NCBI GenBank assembly: GCA_964609855.1
Contig: CAZSTB010000004.1
Coordinates: 3,740-67,739 of the forward strand
Reading direction: 5' to 3'
Length of the DNA stretch: 64,000 nt
Source of the DNA: an uncultured Bdellovibrionales bacterium
Lineage (GTDB): Bacteria > Patescibacteriota > Minisyncoccia > Moranbacterales > GWC2-37-73
In this document: positions 48,562-58,330 of the stretch, piece by piece
Numbering within the stretch: position 1 is the first letter of the stretch
Layout of the letters: every line of letters begins with the position of its first letter
Notes under the pieces: generated by a model
The model's input: only the letters and a program-made list of their open reading frames with translations
Databases searched by the model: none
Told to the model about the DNA's origin: nothing
Made by a program: the position numbers and the translations under genes

Positions 48562-48694
48562 AATTTTAAAAGGCTATAAAAAACTGAGCATTTTTAATCT
48601 AAATGCCATTGAATAATTAACTGGATACTATACATCAATATTAATTAAAAAGCAACCCCTCCCGGAGTTGCTGACAAATTAAACTAAACACCGC

Positions 48695-49402
48695 TTATGG
48701 GAGCTTGAAATCAATTGGCTGCTCTTGCTGCTGCACAACTTCAAGTAATTTTCTTTTAGCGCGATTAATCAATGTCCCGACCGTGTTAACAGGTTTTCCC
48801 AAAATTTTACTAATATCCTCATAAGAATGCTCCTTAAAATACCTCAAATGCAGCGCGCGTTGGTATTTTTCAGGGAGTTTTTCCATCGCCTGCTTTATTT
48901 CCCTGGAAATTTCTTCCTGCATCCATTTATCCTCATAAGACTCATCGTTAGCGGCAGTCTCCAACTTATCCTTGCTCGTCACCACCTCGTCCCATGAAAC
49001 GGTATAGCGCTTACTTTTGCGCTTGAGAAAATTTACCGACTCATTATGTGCTATTCGATATATCCAAGAAGAAAATTTTCTGGTCGTATCAAAATATTCG
49101 ATGTTCTTAAAAGTCTTTAAAAATACAGCTTGCAGGATATCCTCTGTTTCGTCGCGATTACCAACCAGATGAAATATGTAAGTAAAAAGTTTTTTTTGAT
49201 ATCGAAGATGCAATTCTGCGCAAGCAAAACTGCTGTTTTTTCTCACGAGTGCAATTAGTTGACCGTCATCAAGCTGGGTAAATTCTTGAACATCTACCTT
49301 TCCGCCAAGCAAGGGACTGAATAATAGTTCATTCTTAGTCTTATTGCCATTGGAAATTTTCAACTGCATATTCGCTGCTTTTTTTTGCGTCTTGATTTTC
49401 AT
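48695..49402 (-). CDS. ECF sigma factor (SigW-like)
   Basis: EDILQ.VF, FSSWIYRIA.N, LP..YQ.AL.L, SYEDI...LG.P..TV.T...RA. Confidence 0.92.
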   Translation of the reverse strand: MKIKTQKKAANMQLKISNGNKTKNELLFSPLLGGKVDVQEFTQLDDGQLIALVRKNSSFACAELHLRYQKKLFTYIFHLVGNRDETEDILQAVFLKTFKNIEYFDTTRKFSSWIYRIAHNESVNFLKRKSKRYTVSWDEVVTSKDKLETAANDESYEDKWMQEEISREIKQAMEKLPEKYQRALHLRYFKEHSYEDISKILGKPVNTVGTLINRAKRKLLEVVQQQEQPIDFKLP

Positions 49403-49574
49403 AACTTCATATTAAGATTAATTTATTAATGCCCGTATCACTTAGCTGTTGAGCTTAGTCATACATTATGCATTAACAATCATTAAGATATGATTAAGTT
49501 ACAAAGTATCAGTATTACTTGCTTTATTTTGCCATTTGTGCTATACTAGTAGGTTAATTAGTTGCTCAATATCT

Positions 49575-50249
49575 ATGAAGATTCTTATCGTTGAAGACCA
49601 GGAAAAATTAGCCAAACTCATTCAAAAGGGGCTTATTCTTGAGGGTTTTAGTGCTGATTACGTTCTGGACGGCGAAGAGGCCGCAAATCGCATTGCGGTT
49701 CATCATAGCGAGTATGATCTTATTATTCTGGATTACATGTTGCCCAATAAAAGCGGCCTGGAGATTTGCAGTCAAACAAGAGAAAGAAAAATTGCGATTC
49801 CGATTCTCATGTTAACCGGCAAAGATGCCTTGCCTGACATTACAGCTGGTTTAAATTCCGGCGCTGATGACTATCTCACTAAACCTTTTTCCTTTGACGA
49901 ACTAGTTGCCAGAATTAGAGCCATTTTACGCAGACCAAAAATAACTCTGCCATCCACGCTACAGATTAAACATGTTCAACTCGATCCTCTTGCTAAAATT
50001 GTCACCTGCAATAAAAAACTTGTAAGCTTAACTCTACGAGAATTCAGCCTCTTGGAATATTTAATGCGTCATGGCGACGAAGCACTTTCACGCGAAACCA
50101 TTCTTTCTGGCGTATGGGATTTTGCGTTTGATTCATTCGCTAATGTCGTAGATGTACATATTGCCAATTTAAGAAAAAAACTTGGAGATCTTGATGGTAA
50201 GATAATTGAGACAGTGCGTGGTATCGGATATAAGATGAATACAAAATAA
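49575..50249 (+). CDS. OmpR/PhoB-family response regulator
   Basis: MKILIVED, ILDYMLP, GADDYLTKPF, LT.REF.LL, VDVHI..LR.KL, ETVRG.GY. Start at ATG 49575. Confidence 0.95.
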   Translation: MKILIVEDQEKLAKLIQKGLILEGFSADYVLDGEEAANRIAVHHSEYDLIILDYMLPNKSGLEICSQTRERKIAIPILMLTGKDALPDITAGLNSGADDYLTKPFSFDELVARIRAILRRPKITLPSTLQIKHVQLDPLAKIVTCNKKLVSLTLREFSLLEYLMRHGDEALSRETILSGVWDFAFDSFANVVDVHIANLRKKLGDLDGKIIETVRGIGYKMNTK

Positions 50250-50402
50250 AAGGTATCAACCCCTGAGCAAGCCCCGAACCTTCTGGGTTTCCGCGGCCCG
50301 TCTCGCCCGAGGCTTGCCGAGGTGGACCCGTCTCGCCTGACGCTCGGGTAGGCAGCGAAACAAAAATTCATTTTCGTTTCGCTCGACTTCGTTTGAAGAT
50401 AA
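50243..50402. repeat. Composite palindromic element, copy 2
   Basis: See 43336-43558. Confidence 0.9.
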
Positions 50403-50496
50403 GCCAAGTATATTCAAAAACCCCTTAGCACAAGGGGCTTTTATTTATAAAGGGATGAGTTCCTTTGGCTTTTAAGACCTTTCTCGCTCTACTTCA

Positions 50497-51861
50497 TCAG
50501 ATAAACGGGATGAATTTCCTCACTTTTTCCATCACCTTTCCTAGCGCATCTTCAGAGGCCATAATGATCGGATTCATAAACGGCCAAGGTGTCATGCTGG
50601 GATGCGCGATATAATTGAATTTCAACATCTTTAGGATATTTAATCTCAGACCGATTGCAAAACTTGCCAACTCTGCTGAAGCAATCACTCCGCTTCCAAA
50701 TGCTTCATATCCCACCAGACGCATTGTTGGTCCAGCAAAAATAAGTTTCACTTCAAGCGGTTTATGTTTTTTCAAATCCTTATAAATATCCGTAACCTCA
50801 GCTTTTCCAGTAAAGACTAATCTAAATCTATTTCTTGCTTCATCTTCAGTTAAACCCACGCATGCAAATTCCTTATCTAAAGTTTGAAATGCAAACGCCC
50901 CAGTTGAACCGTTATATGAAATTGGAAATCCAGCGATCTGAAATCCGACAATCTTAGCTTGTTGAATCGCACTACTAGCAAGTTGACTTGGTCTGAATTC
51001 GCCTGTAGGTGCAAACTTTGGCACACAACAATCTCCACAGGCAAAAACGCTGCGCACGTTCGTTCGCATGTTTTTATCCACGATGACTCCGCGCTCATCG
51101 TATTTTATTTTTGTTCCATGCAGTATCTCAGTATTCGCAATAACGCCAGTCGCTAAAACCACCACATCAGTTTCGATTTTCTGCCACATGCCTTTTTCGC
51201 GTGTGGATACTTCTTTCCTGCTGCCTGCAATATCTTTTATTTCAATAGCTGCGCAATTAAATCTCACGTTAATACCATTATCTTCCAGGTGGGAAATAAT
51301 TTTCTTGGCATATTCTTGACTTGCAATATTGGAACTTATGGCGGGCGCATATTCTATGAGACTTACCTCCAACCCTTTTTGCCTTAGGGCTCCTGCCATT
51401 TCAATCCCGATAACTCCCGCACCGATCACTACCGCGTTCTTGGCAGTTTTTGTTATTTCCAAAATGCTGCCAGCATCATCACTTGTTCTGACTGTATGGA
51501 TATTTTTCCCGTAAATCCCCTTTATTTCTGGCTTAACCGGGGATGCGCCAGTTGCGATTACCAAATAATCATAATCGAAAATATTGCCGGAATCTGTTGT
51601 TACCTGCTTTTTTCGCGTATTGATGTTGACCGCTCGTTGATGAATAACTTCAACGCCATAATCGCCTGCCATACTATCAGGCTGAATTGCATCTTTTATT
51701 TTGGCCTCCCCTGTTATCACATAGGGGGTTGTGCAGCGGCAATAAATATCTTTTTCTTCCGACAATGCAATTGCAGAAAATTTTCCTTTCTTGAGTTGAC
51801 TAGCGACAATTCCACTGAACATTCCTGCTCCACCGCATCCGATTGAAACTATTTTTTTCAT
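50497..51861 (-). CDS. FAD-dependent pyridine nucleotide-disulfide oxidoreductase (NADH oxidase/CoA-disulfide reductase-like)
   Basis: IGCGGAG, YCRC, ATGA, IGAGVIG.E, FACGDC. Start at ATG 51861. Confidence 0.88.
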   Translation of the reverse strand: MKKIVSIGCGGAGMFSGIVASQLKKGKFSAIALSEEKDIYCRCTTPYVITGEAKIKDAIQPDSMAGDYGVEVIHQRAVNINTRKKQVTTDSGNIFDYDYLVIATGASPVKPEIKGIYGKNIHTVRTSDDAGSILEITKTAKNAVVIGAGVIGIEMAGALRQKGLEVSLIEYAPAISSNIASQEYAKKIISHLEDNGINVRFNCAAIEIKDIAGSRKEVSTREKGMWQKIETDVVVLATGVIANTEILHGTKIKYDERGVIVDKNMRTNVRSVFACGDCCVPKFAPTGEFRPSQLASSAIQQAKIVGFQIAGFPISYNGSTGAFAFQTLDKEFACVGLTEDEARNRFRLVFTGKAEVTDIYKDLKKHKPLEVKLIFAGPTMRLVGYEAFGSGVIASAELASFAIGLRLNILKMLKFNYIAHPSMTPWPFMNPIIMASEDALGKVMEKVRKFIPFI

Positions 51862-52028
51862 AATTCTTGAATGAATACTTATCTTTCTTAAACATTTTAA
51901 CATTTAGTCATTAAGATTACCAATCTACATGGCAAAAATATTTTTGTTTTAAATTTTAATAACAGCTTTAAGTTTTTAAACAAAAAACATCTTCTTGCGA
52001 AGATGTTTTTTAGCCACAAGATTTATCC

Positions 52029-52961
52029 CTATTCTCCGTGCGCTATCTTACCTAGCAATGAATCCAGATCCTCCTGGGAATAAAATTCGATTACGATCTT
52101 TCCTCCATCGCCTGCCTTAGAAATTTTCACCTTAGTTCCCAGTGCTTCCACTAAAGTGTTCTCGAGAGCTTTCATTTGAGGGTCACTTCCAGCCTTTCGC
52201 TGATATGATTTCACGGAAGTTTCCTTTGCGCGCTCCTCTACCTGGCGCACGGTAAGATTATTACTCAAAATCATTTCATACATAGCGCGTTGTTTTTCCG
52301 CATTAGAAAGAGATAGAATCGCTTTCGCATGTCCTTCGGTTATCTTTCCATCTATCAAACCTTTTTGAACCTCAATAGGCAGCGTAAGCAGACGCATTTT
52401 GTTAGCAACTAATGAGCGGCTTTTCCCCATCTTTGTTGCCACTTCTTCTTGTGTCATCTGAAATTCATCAGCAAGCTTCTGATAAGCTTTTCCTTCTTCA
52501 ATTGCATTAAGGTCATGTCGCTGAATATTTTCAATGATTGCAAGCTCCAATTTTTGCAGTTCGTCAGCTTCTCGAATAATAACAGGCACTTTCTTGAGTC
52601 CAACTCTCTTGGAAGCTTGAAAACGACGCTCACCAGCGATCAATTCATAATGATTGCCTTTCCTGCTGACAATCAAGGGCTGGATAATTCCGTGCATTTT
52701 GATAGATTGAGCAAGACTTTCAAGTTTCTCATCATCAAAAGTATGGCGAGGCTGCATAGGATTTGCGACAATCTGATTGACATCAACTTCAATCACGTAA
52801 CTATCACCCCTGATAACTTCGTCATTATTTTTAACCATTGGACGCGCAACCGCTACTGTGTCTTGAACCTGACTATCTTGAGCAGATGTTGCTTGTGTGT
52901 CTACTTGTTTATTTGGAATAAGCGACGAAAGTCCTCTTCCTAGACCGTATTGTTGGGACAT
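52029..52961 (-). CDS. parB: Chromosome partitioning protein ParB
   Basis: GLGRGL, NPMQPR, LIAGERR, ENIQR.DLN, HTH. Confidence 0.97.
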   Translation of the reverse strand: MSQQYGLGRGLSSLIPNKQVDTQATSAQDSQVQDTVAVARPMVKNNDEVIRGDSYVIEVDVNQIVANPMQPRHTFDDEKLESLAQSIKMHGIIQPLIVSRKGNHYELIAGERRFQASKRVGLKKVPVIIREADELQKLELAIIENIQRHDLNAIEEGKAYQKLADEFQMTQEEVATKMGKSRSLVANKMRLLTLPIEVQKGLIDGKITEGHAKAILSLSNAEKQRAMYEMILSNNLTVRQVEERAKETSVKSYQRKAGSDPQMKALENTLVEALGTKVKISKAGDGGKIVIEFYSQEDLDSLLGKIAHGE

Positions 52962-53092
52962 AAACTTATTAATTTTAAATTCTAAATTTTAAATTTAAAA
53001 TGAATGATAAATGAACAAATGTTCAAAATCATTTAGCATTTTAGAATTAAAAATTGATTTAAAATTTCAAATTTAAAATTTAAAATTTTTAT

Positions 53093-53893
53093 TTATACTG
53101 TAAGATTTTTCTTTATTTCCGCAGCTTCGGCGTCGTCCCTTTCAATCATTTCTTTAACAAGATTTTTATATGACCTGGCACCTTTGGAAAGACTATCAAA
53201 ACTCAAAATAGATTTTCCATAGCTTGGAGCTTCCGCAAGTCTGACGCTGCGCGGAATCACACTATCAAAAACATGGCCAGGAAAATGATCGCGCATTTCC
53301 TTTACTACCTGCCTTGCCAACCGATTTCTTCTGTCATACATAGTCAGCACAGCGCCCATAATTTTCAGATTTGGCTGCAAGTGCTTCTGCACAAGCTCAA
53401 TCGTCTCTAGAAGTTGACTAAGGCCTTCGAGCGCATAATATTCAGTTTGCACAGGAATCAGCACTGCATCACTGGCAACGAGTCCATTTATAGTCAGCAG
53501 TCCCAAGCTCGGCGGAGAATCGATTATAATATAATCATAGTCACTTCTTATCTGTCTTAATACATCATATAACTTGAATTCTCGATTTTCAAAATGGACC
53601 ATCTCCACACCCGCTCCAGCTAAGTCCTGCGAAGACGGCAAAAGGTCATGCCCGGAATTTTCTGCACGAATAATTACATTCCTAGGATGCTCGCCACTAA
53701 CCAAGGTATGATAAAGACCCTTTTCAAGACTACGGATATCAATACCGAGACCAGAAGAAGCATTTCCTTGTGGATCAAGGTCTACCAATAAAGCTTTTTT
53801 TCCAAAATTAGCCAAATAAGTGGCGATGTTAATAGCGGTGGTAGTTTTACCAACTCCTCCTTTCTGATTTATAAGCGAAATTATTTTAGCCAT
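53093..53893 (-). CDS. parA: Chromosome partitioning ATPase ParA
   Basis: NQKGGVGKTT, DLDPQGN, DSPPSLG, LAEAPSYG. Confidence 0.97.
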   Translation of the reverse strand: MAKIISLINQKGGVGKTTTAINIATYLANFGKKALLVDLDPQGNASSGLGIDIRSLEKGLYHTLVSGEHPRNVIIRAENSGHDLLPSSQDLAGAGVEMVHFENREFKLYDVLRQIRSDYDYIIIDSPPSLGLLTINGLVASDAVLIPVQTEYYALEGLSQLLETIELVQKHLQPNLKIMGAVLTMYDRRNRLARQVVKEMRDHFPGHVFDSVIPRSVRLAEAPSYGKSILSFDSLSKGARSYKNLVKEMIERDDAEAAEIKKNLTV

Positions 53894-54066
53894 AACAAAA
53901 AGTAAAATTTGAAATTTTAAATTTGAAATTTTAAATCAAATCCAAATAACCAAATAAGTAAATTTAAAAGCACGTCATGCAAATGCCGACAGGCACACAT
54001 TCATTGTAAATTAAAAATTGAAAATTGAAAATTCCGCGTGCAATCACGTGGGTTTATTGTATCACA

Positions 54067-54095
54067 TTGACAAAATGCTTTCAAATGGATAAACT
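54067..54095 (+). promoter_or_regulatory. tRNA promoter
   Basis: TTGACA-17bp-TAAACT. Confidence 0.65.
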
Positions 54096-54112
54096 AGGGT
54101 AGTTGGAATAAT

Positions 54113-54196
54113 GCCGCGGTGGTGGAACTGGTAGACGCACTGGACTCAAAATCCAGCGATGGCAACATCATGGGAGTTCGAGTCTCCCCCGCGGCA
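54113..54196 (+). tRNA. tRNA-Leu(CAA)
   Basis: Acceptor GCCGCGG/CCGCGGC, D-loop TGGTAGAC, anticodon arm CTGGA-CTCAAAA-TCCAG, long variable arm, GTTCGAG T-loop; CCA not encoded. Confidence 0.96.
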
Positions 54197-54373
54197 CAAG
54201 CGAGACAGGATTTATCCTGTTTTTTGTTACCCAGGGGAGATGTTTCCTCGCGGCACAATAAAACAGGGGTTACCCTGTTTTATACTATTATAAGAGGCTA
54301 CATAAAATGGATTATCTCGCCACAACAAGAAAAATCAAGAAACCCACATAGACATGCCGGTTCCGTTTCAAAG

Positions 54374-55330
54374 CTATTTTTTCTTCGCAAGCTTAATTAT
54401 CCTAGCTCGAGGTTTCACCATCTGACGTACGGCTTGCTTTTGCTCGCTCATCTTTTTAGCATTTCTTATTGAGCGAAAATTTTTAAATATTCTTTTCATT
54501 AAAAAAATCAAAAGTCCCAGCAATCCAAACAATAGCAAGACTTTTATCATGATAACAATCCAGAGATTATTCCTCATTCCAAGACCAGTATAGTCAGATC
54601 GCACAATACCTCCAGGCACCATATTTTGATAACCCTGAGAGATTACTTTTTCTTTTCTATTTTGTTCGACAAAAATAACTTTTATATATGCTTTATCTTG
54701 AGCGAAAGTAGGTTGTGGATAAATCATTGATTTTGGAGATGCGGAAATTTCACTTCTTTCAGTTAAAGAAGCTGACTCTGAGCTACCACTTTCATCTGCT
54801 TGCACTTCATCATTGCTTATAGCTGGTTCCATCATAGGATAAGCCACCATTGGAGGAATTTGCCTGGTAGATTCTTGAATTATTTCACTGGCAATGTTTT
54901 TTAAGTCGCTTACAGTAGTTTCAAATTTTTCTACTGGAATCTGAATTACAATAGAACCATTTTTAATCCGATCAGAAGCATGTGCAATAAGGGTTTCATG
55001 AACTGCACCATTATTTTTTTCTACAATACCAGCAATCTGCTTCTGCGTGTTTTCAATGCTTTCAACCGTAATCGCCAACTCTCCACTCTTCAGCGCATCT
55101 TGCGGAGGATAAAACTGCGAACCATCCAGCGATGTAGGATATAAATATGCAGTCCTAGTCGAACTCATCATTCCTCCATCATAGCCTCGGGAACGTGCTT
55201 GAAACTTCTGATGCACACCAAGTATTCCGACAATAATCGACGTGACTGCCAGCACTAGCAGAGCGAAACCGCTAACAAGCAGTATCCTCCTGTTAATAAA
55301 TGCTTTTTTTATTGAAGACTTTTTTTCCAT
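54374..55330 (-). CDS. DUF4349-like membrane protein
   Basis: N- and C-terminal TMs; G.L.I.V.......I..I.....G.V, IQIPVEKF pattern. Confidence 0.6.
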   Translation of the reverse strand: MEKKSSIKKAFINRRILLVSGFALLVLAVTSIIVGILGVHQKFQARSRGYDGGMMSSTRTAYLYPTSLDGSQFYPPQDALKSGELAITVESIENTQKQIAGIVEKNNGAVHETLIAHASDRIKNGSIVIQIPVEKFETTVSDLKNIASEIIQESTRQIPPMVAYPMMEPAISNDEVQADESGSSESASLTERSEISASPKSMIYPQPTFAQDKAYIKVIFVEQNRKEKVISQGYQNMVPGGIVRSDYTGLGMRNNLWIVIMIKVLLLFGLLGLLIFLMKRIFKNFRSIRNAKKMSEQKQAVRQMVKPRARIIKLAKKK

Positions 55331-55429
55331 ATTTATTTTATATTTGTTTAAGTATAGCCGCTTAAATTATAACATAAATAAGAGAAAAGGGTAATCAAGA
55401 TTGACTACCCTTTTTGGTAAAATTTCAAA

Positions 55430-56362
55430 CTAACCTACCTTGACAAATTCGATGAAGTTTTGCTTCGTAAGTCTAGCATATGCTAAAAATACATCCTTTA
55501 AACCCATTTTTTTAAAAATCGCTCTACCCTTGCAAAGCTGATCTTTATAGTATTTCTCCTTCTCTGCAGCATTCATACTTTTCATAATATTCCTGTACGC
55601 CGCACAGCCTGCATGCTGAATAATTACACCTTCCTCAGCACCAGCGCGCACAGCTTTTTCTACATTCATAAGATCAGCGTCATTTCCATCTATAATCCCC
55701 TTGCAGGAACCTGGACTTCCGAGCAAATGATAATAAGGAATTTTCAAAGAAGAATAGACAAAGTCGAAGCTTTCCTTGCGAAAACGAAAATCTAAGCAGA
55801 TAGAAAGGAGGTACTTACAGGAAAGCACACTGCGCAAAGAGAATGCTATCCTCCAAACAATTTCTTCTTTGCCGCTGCCGTCAATCAAGCCCTCATAAGA
55901 AACATATTCAAGCATCTCTCCATCATCCGCAATGCGGATGAAAATGGGCAAGATTCTCACATCCTGATGATTATGCATCGAGCTTCTGGCAAACGCCAGC
56001 ATCCGCCCTTTATGAAATTCCTCCTCTTCGCGTCTATCATTAAAACGAGCGGGCAAAATAAGCTCCGCATGATGAAAAACTATCACCAACCTTGCCTCAT
56101 GATCATTACAGACAAGATTCAGTGTGCCCATTTCCGTGGGACTCCCCCTTAGATAGCGCTTTGCGAAACGATCAGTTGCGACCAAATCGAAAGCGCTAAG
56201 ATTGAGACCTTCAGGATCTCTGAGATACTGACTCGTGGATCTAAGAATTCTGAAATCCGCCGGAATAAATGCGACTGCATTGCAGGTATTTATTCCAGCA
56301 TAATCAAAACTCGTAGTTAGCAGGACATTACCACTTTTAATGCCTAACATTCTGTGTGACAT
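55430..56362 (-). CDS. Tandem beta-carbonic-anhydrase-like protein
   Basis: C-terminal half has CLDFR and HAGC Zn ligands; N-terminal half has a degenerate ADFR...HHAE copy. Confidence 0.65.
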   Translation of the reverse strand: MSHRMLGIKSGNVLLTTSFDYAGINTCNAVAFIPADFRILRSTSQYLRDPEGLNLSAFDLVATDRFAKRYLRGSPTEMGTLNLVCNDHEARLVIVFHHAELILPARFNDRREEEEFHKGRMLAFARSSMHNHQDVRILPIFIRIADDGEMLEYVSYEGLIDGSGKEEIVWRIAFSLRSVLSCKYLLSICLDFRFRKESFDFVYSSLKIPYYHLLGSPGSCKGIIDGNDADLMNVEKAVRAGAEEGVIIQHAGCAAYRNIMKSMNAAEKEKYYKDQLCKGRAIFKKMGLKDVFLAYARLTKQNFIEFVKVG

Positions 56363-56535
56363 TTTTACTGCCTCCTTTTGATTGGCATAAAAAATTATGC
56401 ATACTTGAAGTAAACATGATGATTTTCAATTTTTTAAAAAACCAAACAAATGTGTAAATAATTTCCTTTTTTCGTATTATCTAAAATTCACTAATAACTT
56501 TCCATATCACAAGCCATGCAGTCTCCTGAAAAGCA

Positions 56536-58293
56536 CTAATCCATAAAGTAAAACGGTATACTCAACTGCTTTATTCCATTAAGCCTGTAATCAAGCATCT
56601 TCTTACCAACAAAAATAACACTTATGCGATTGTCGGTTTGTGCAATTTCTTCAATATTTGCATCCAATATTCCCCTACGACTTACGAATTTAAATATAAT
56701 CGTATTCTCTTTTCCCATTGATTGCTCGAGTTCATTAAACACTTTTTCAGCCTTAGCTTTTATTTGCGTCTCTAAATCTTCTGTAAATTTATCTTCCAAG
56801 CAAAGCATCACAACAACTTTTTCAATTTTGTGTCGATTCGCCCAATCCGCGACAAACGGAAGCCTGCCAATAAATGATTCACCTCTTGTCACCAGCATCA
56901 CGGAAGATTTTTCACTCAAATCCACTTTCTTTTTATCATGCATAATTTCAGCAACTTTCAATTTTTCAGCAACCATCGGTGTCAATAAAGGCTCCACAAT
57001 CAAAGTAAGCAAAATGGTCCACATACCAATTTCAATCAAACCGTTAACATCCGGCAACCCCATTGATACTATAGTTAACATCAAAACTGCAGGAATAGCA
57101 CCTGTTTCTCTCACAAAAGAGATGAATAGTAAGTCGCGAACAGATAGTTTCTCCTTTCCCCAATAAGTAAATGCACCCATGGAAACAAAGACGGCTATCG
57201 GCCTAATGATAAACATGAAAATTAAGGCGGCCGCAATTCCAATCGGAGCGTATTCGATTAATTTCGGAAGGTCAACCAATGATCCAAGTAAAATGAAAAT
57301 TATAGGCTTCAGGAATCCGTCAACCAAATTATTGAAAAATCTCTCCGTTTCTGTTAAATGTTCCGAAATATGGAAAATCAAACCAGCAACAAAAGCAGCA
57401 AGATATCCACTTCCTCCTGCGAATAATGCGATGGTAAAAATGATAATTGGAACTGAAATGAAGAATGCAGAATCTGCTTCGAACTCTTGCCCTTGAAAGT
57501 GCTTGAATCTTAGCAGCAGTTCCAAGAAGAGATATCCAGCGATACCCAGCATTGATCCAAAAAACAATTGTTTAGCTAATATGATGCCACTTTCATAATT
57601 AAAAATGGCGCCATACCATTGACTAATATTGGCAAACTGAGTTCCAGCAAGAGCGATGGAAAGGAAAACAATTGTCAGCAATGTGCCCACAACATCAGTA
57701 ACGGCGCTTTCTGAAATTATAATATCCTTAACTGCACGGTTACGGAAACGTAAGTTCTTAAGAACTGGAATTATAGCTGCAGGGTCAGTTGAGGCAAGAA
57801 CCGCACCGAGCAGAACTGATACCATCATGGAAATATTCAAATCAAACATCAGTCCCAATCCCCAGATCATCCATGAAAAAAGAAAAGCTGTAATAAACAA
57901 ACCGATAAAAGAAACAGAAAATATTTTCCAAATCAATTTTTTAAAATTTGCAAAAGGTATTTCCAAACCGCCGGAAAACAAGATCAGTGTTGCACCTAGC
58001 CCAACTACTATTCCCAAAATTTCACTACTCGTGGCAATTGGTACAAGCAGCGGCTTTGCAGCCAATCCTAAAAATATTGCCATAACAAAAGATGGCAGCC
58101 TCACTAAATGTGAAAGATAAAAAACCAAGAAACTTAAAAGAAAAAGTGTGGCTATAACAAAAAAATTAGTCATAATAGCCGCCTCACTGCCGTGCTGCAG
58201 AGACTTATAGATAGTGCTGCCAAAAGAGGAGAAAAAACCAACTACAGCTATAATAAACATCGTCATGCCGTAGCGAATGGATTTCTTTTTCAT
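56536..58293 (-). CDS. CPA1 (NhaP-like) cation:proton antiporter
   Basis: ILFSGGL, ASTDPAA, ESAVTD, GGSGYLAAF.AG. Confidence 0.9.
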   Translation of the reverse strand: MKKKSIRYGMTMFIIAVVGFFSSFGSTIYKSLQHGSEAAIMTNFFVIATLFLLSFLVFYLSHLVRLPSFVMAIFLGLAAKPLLVPIATSSEILGIVVGLGATLILFSGGLEIPFANFKKLIWKIFSVSFIGLFITAFLFSWMIWGLGLMFDLNISMMVSVLLGAVLASTDPAAIIPVLKNLRFRNRAVKDIIISESAVTDVVGTLLTIVFLSIALAGTQFANISQWYGAIFNYESGIILAKQLFFGSMLGIAGYLFLELLLRFKHFQGQEFEADSAFFISVPIIIFTIALFAGGSGYLAAFVAGLIFHISEHLTETERFFNNLVDGFLKPIIFILLGSLVDLPKLIEYAPIGIAAALIFMFIIRPIAVFVSMGAFTYWGKEKLSVRDLLFISFVRETGAIPAVLMLTIVSMGLPDVNGLIEIGMWTILLTLIVEPLLTPMVAEKLKVAEIMHDKKKVDLSEKSSVMLVTRGESFIGRLPFVADWANRHKIEKVVVMLCLEDKFTEDLETQIKAKAEKVFNELEQSMGKENTIIFKFVSRRGILDANIEEIAQTDNRISVIFVGKKMLDYRLNGIKQLSIPFYFMD

Positions 58294-58330
58294 AAATATT
58301 GATTATTTTTTAAATTCGTAATTAAAAGAC

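Noticed and set aside
54119-54472. 117-aa ORF
   Set aside because: Overlaps tRNA-Leu and its terminators; spurious.
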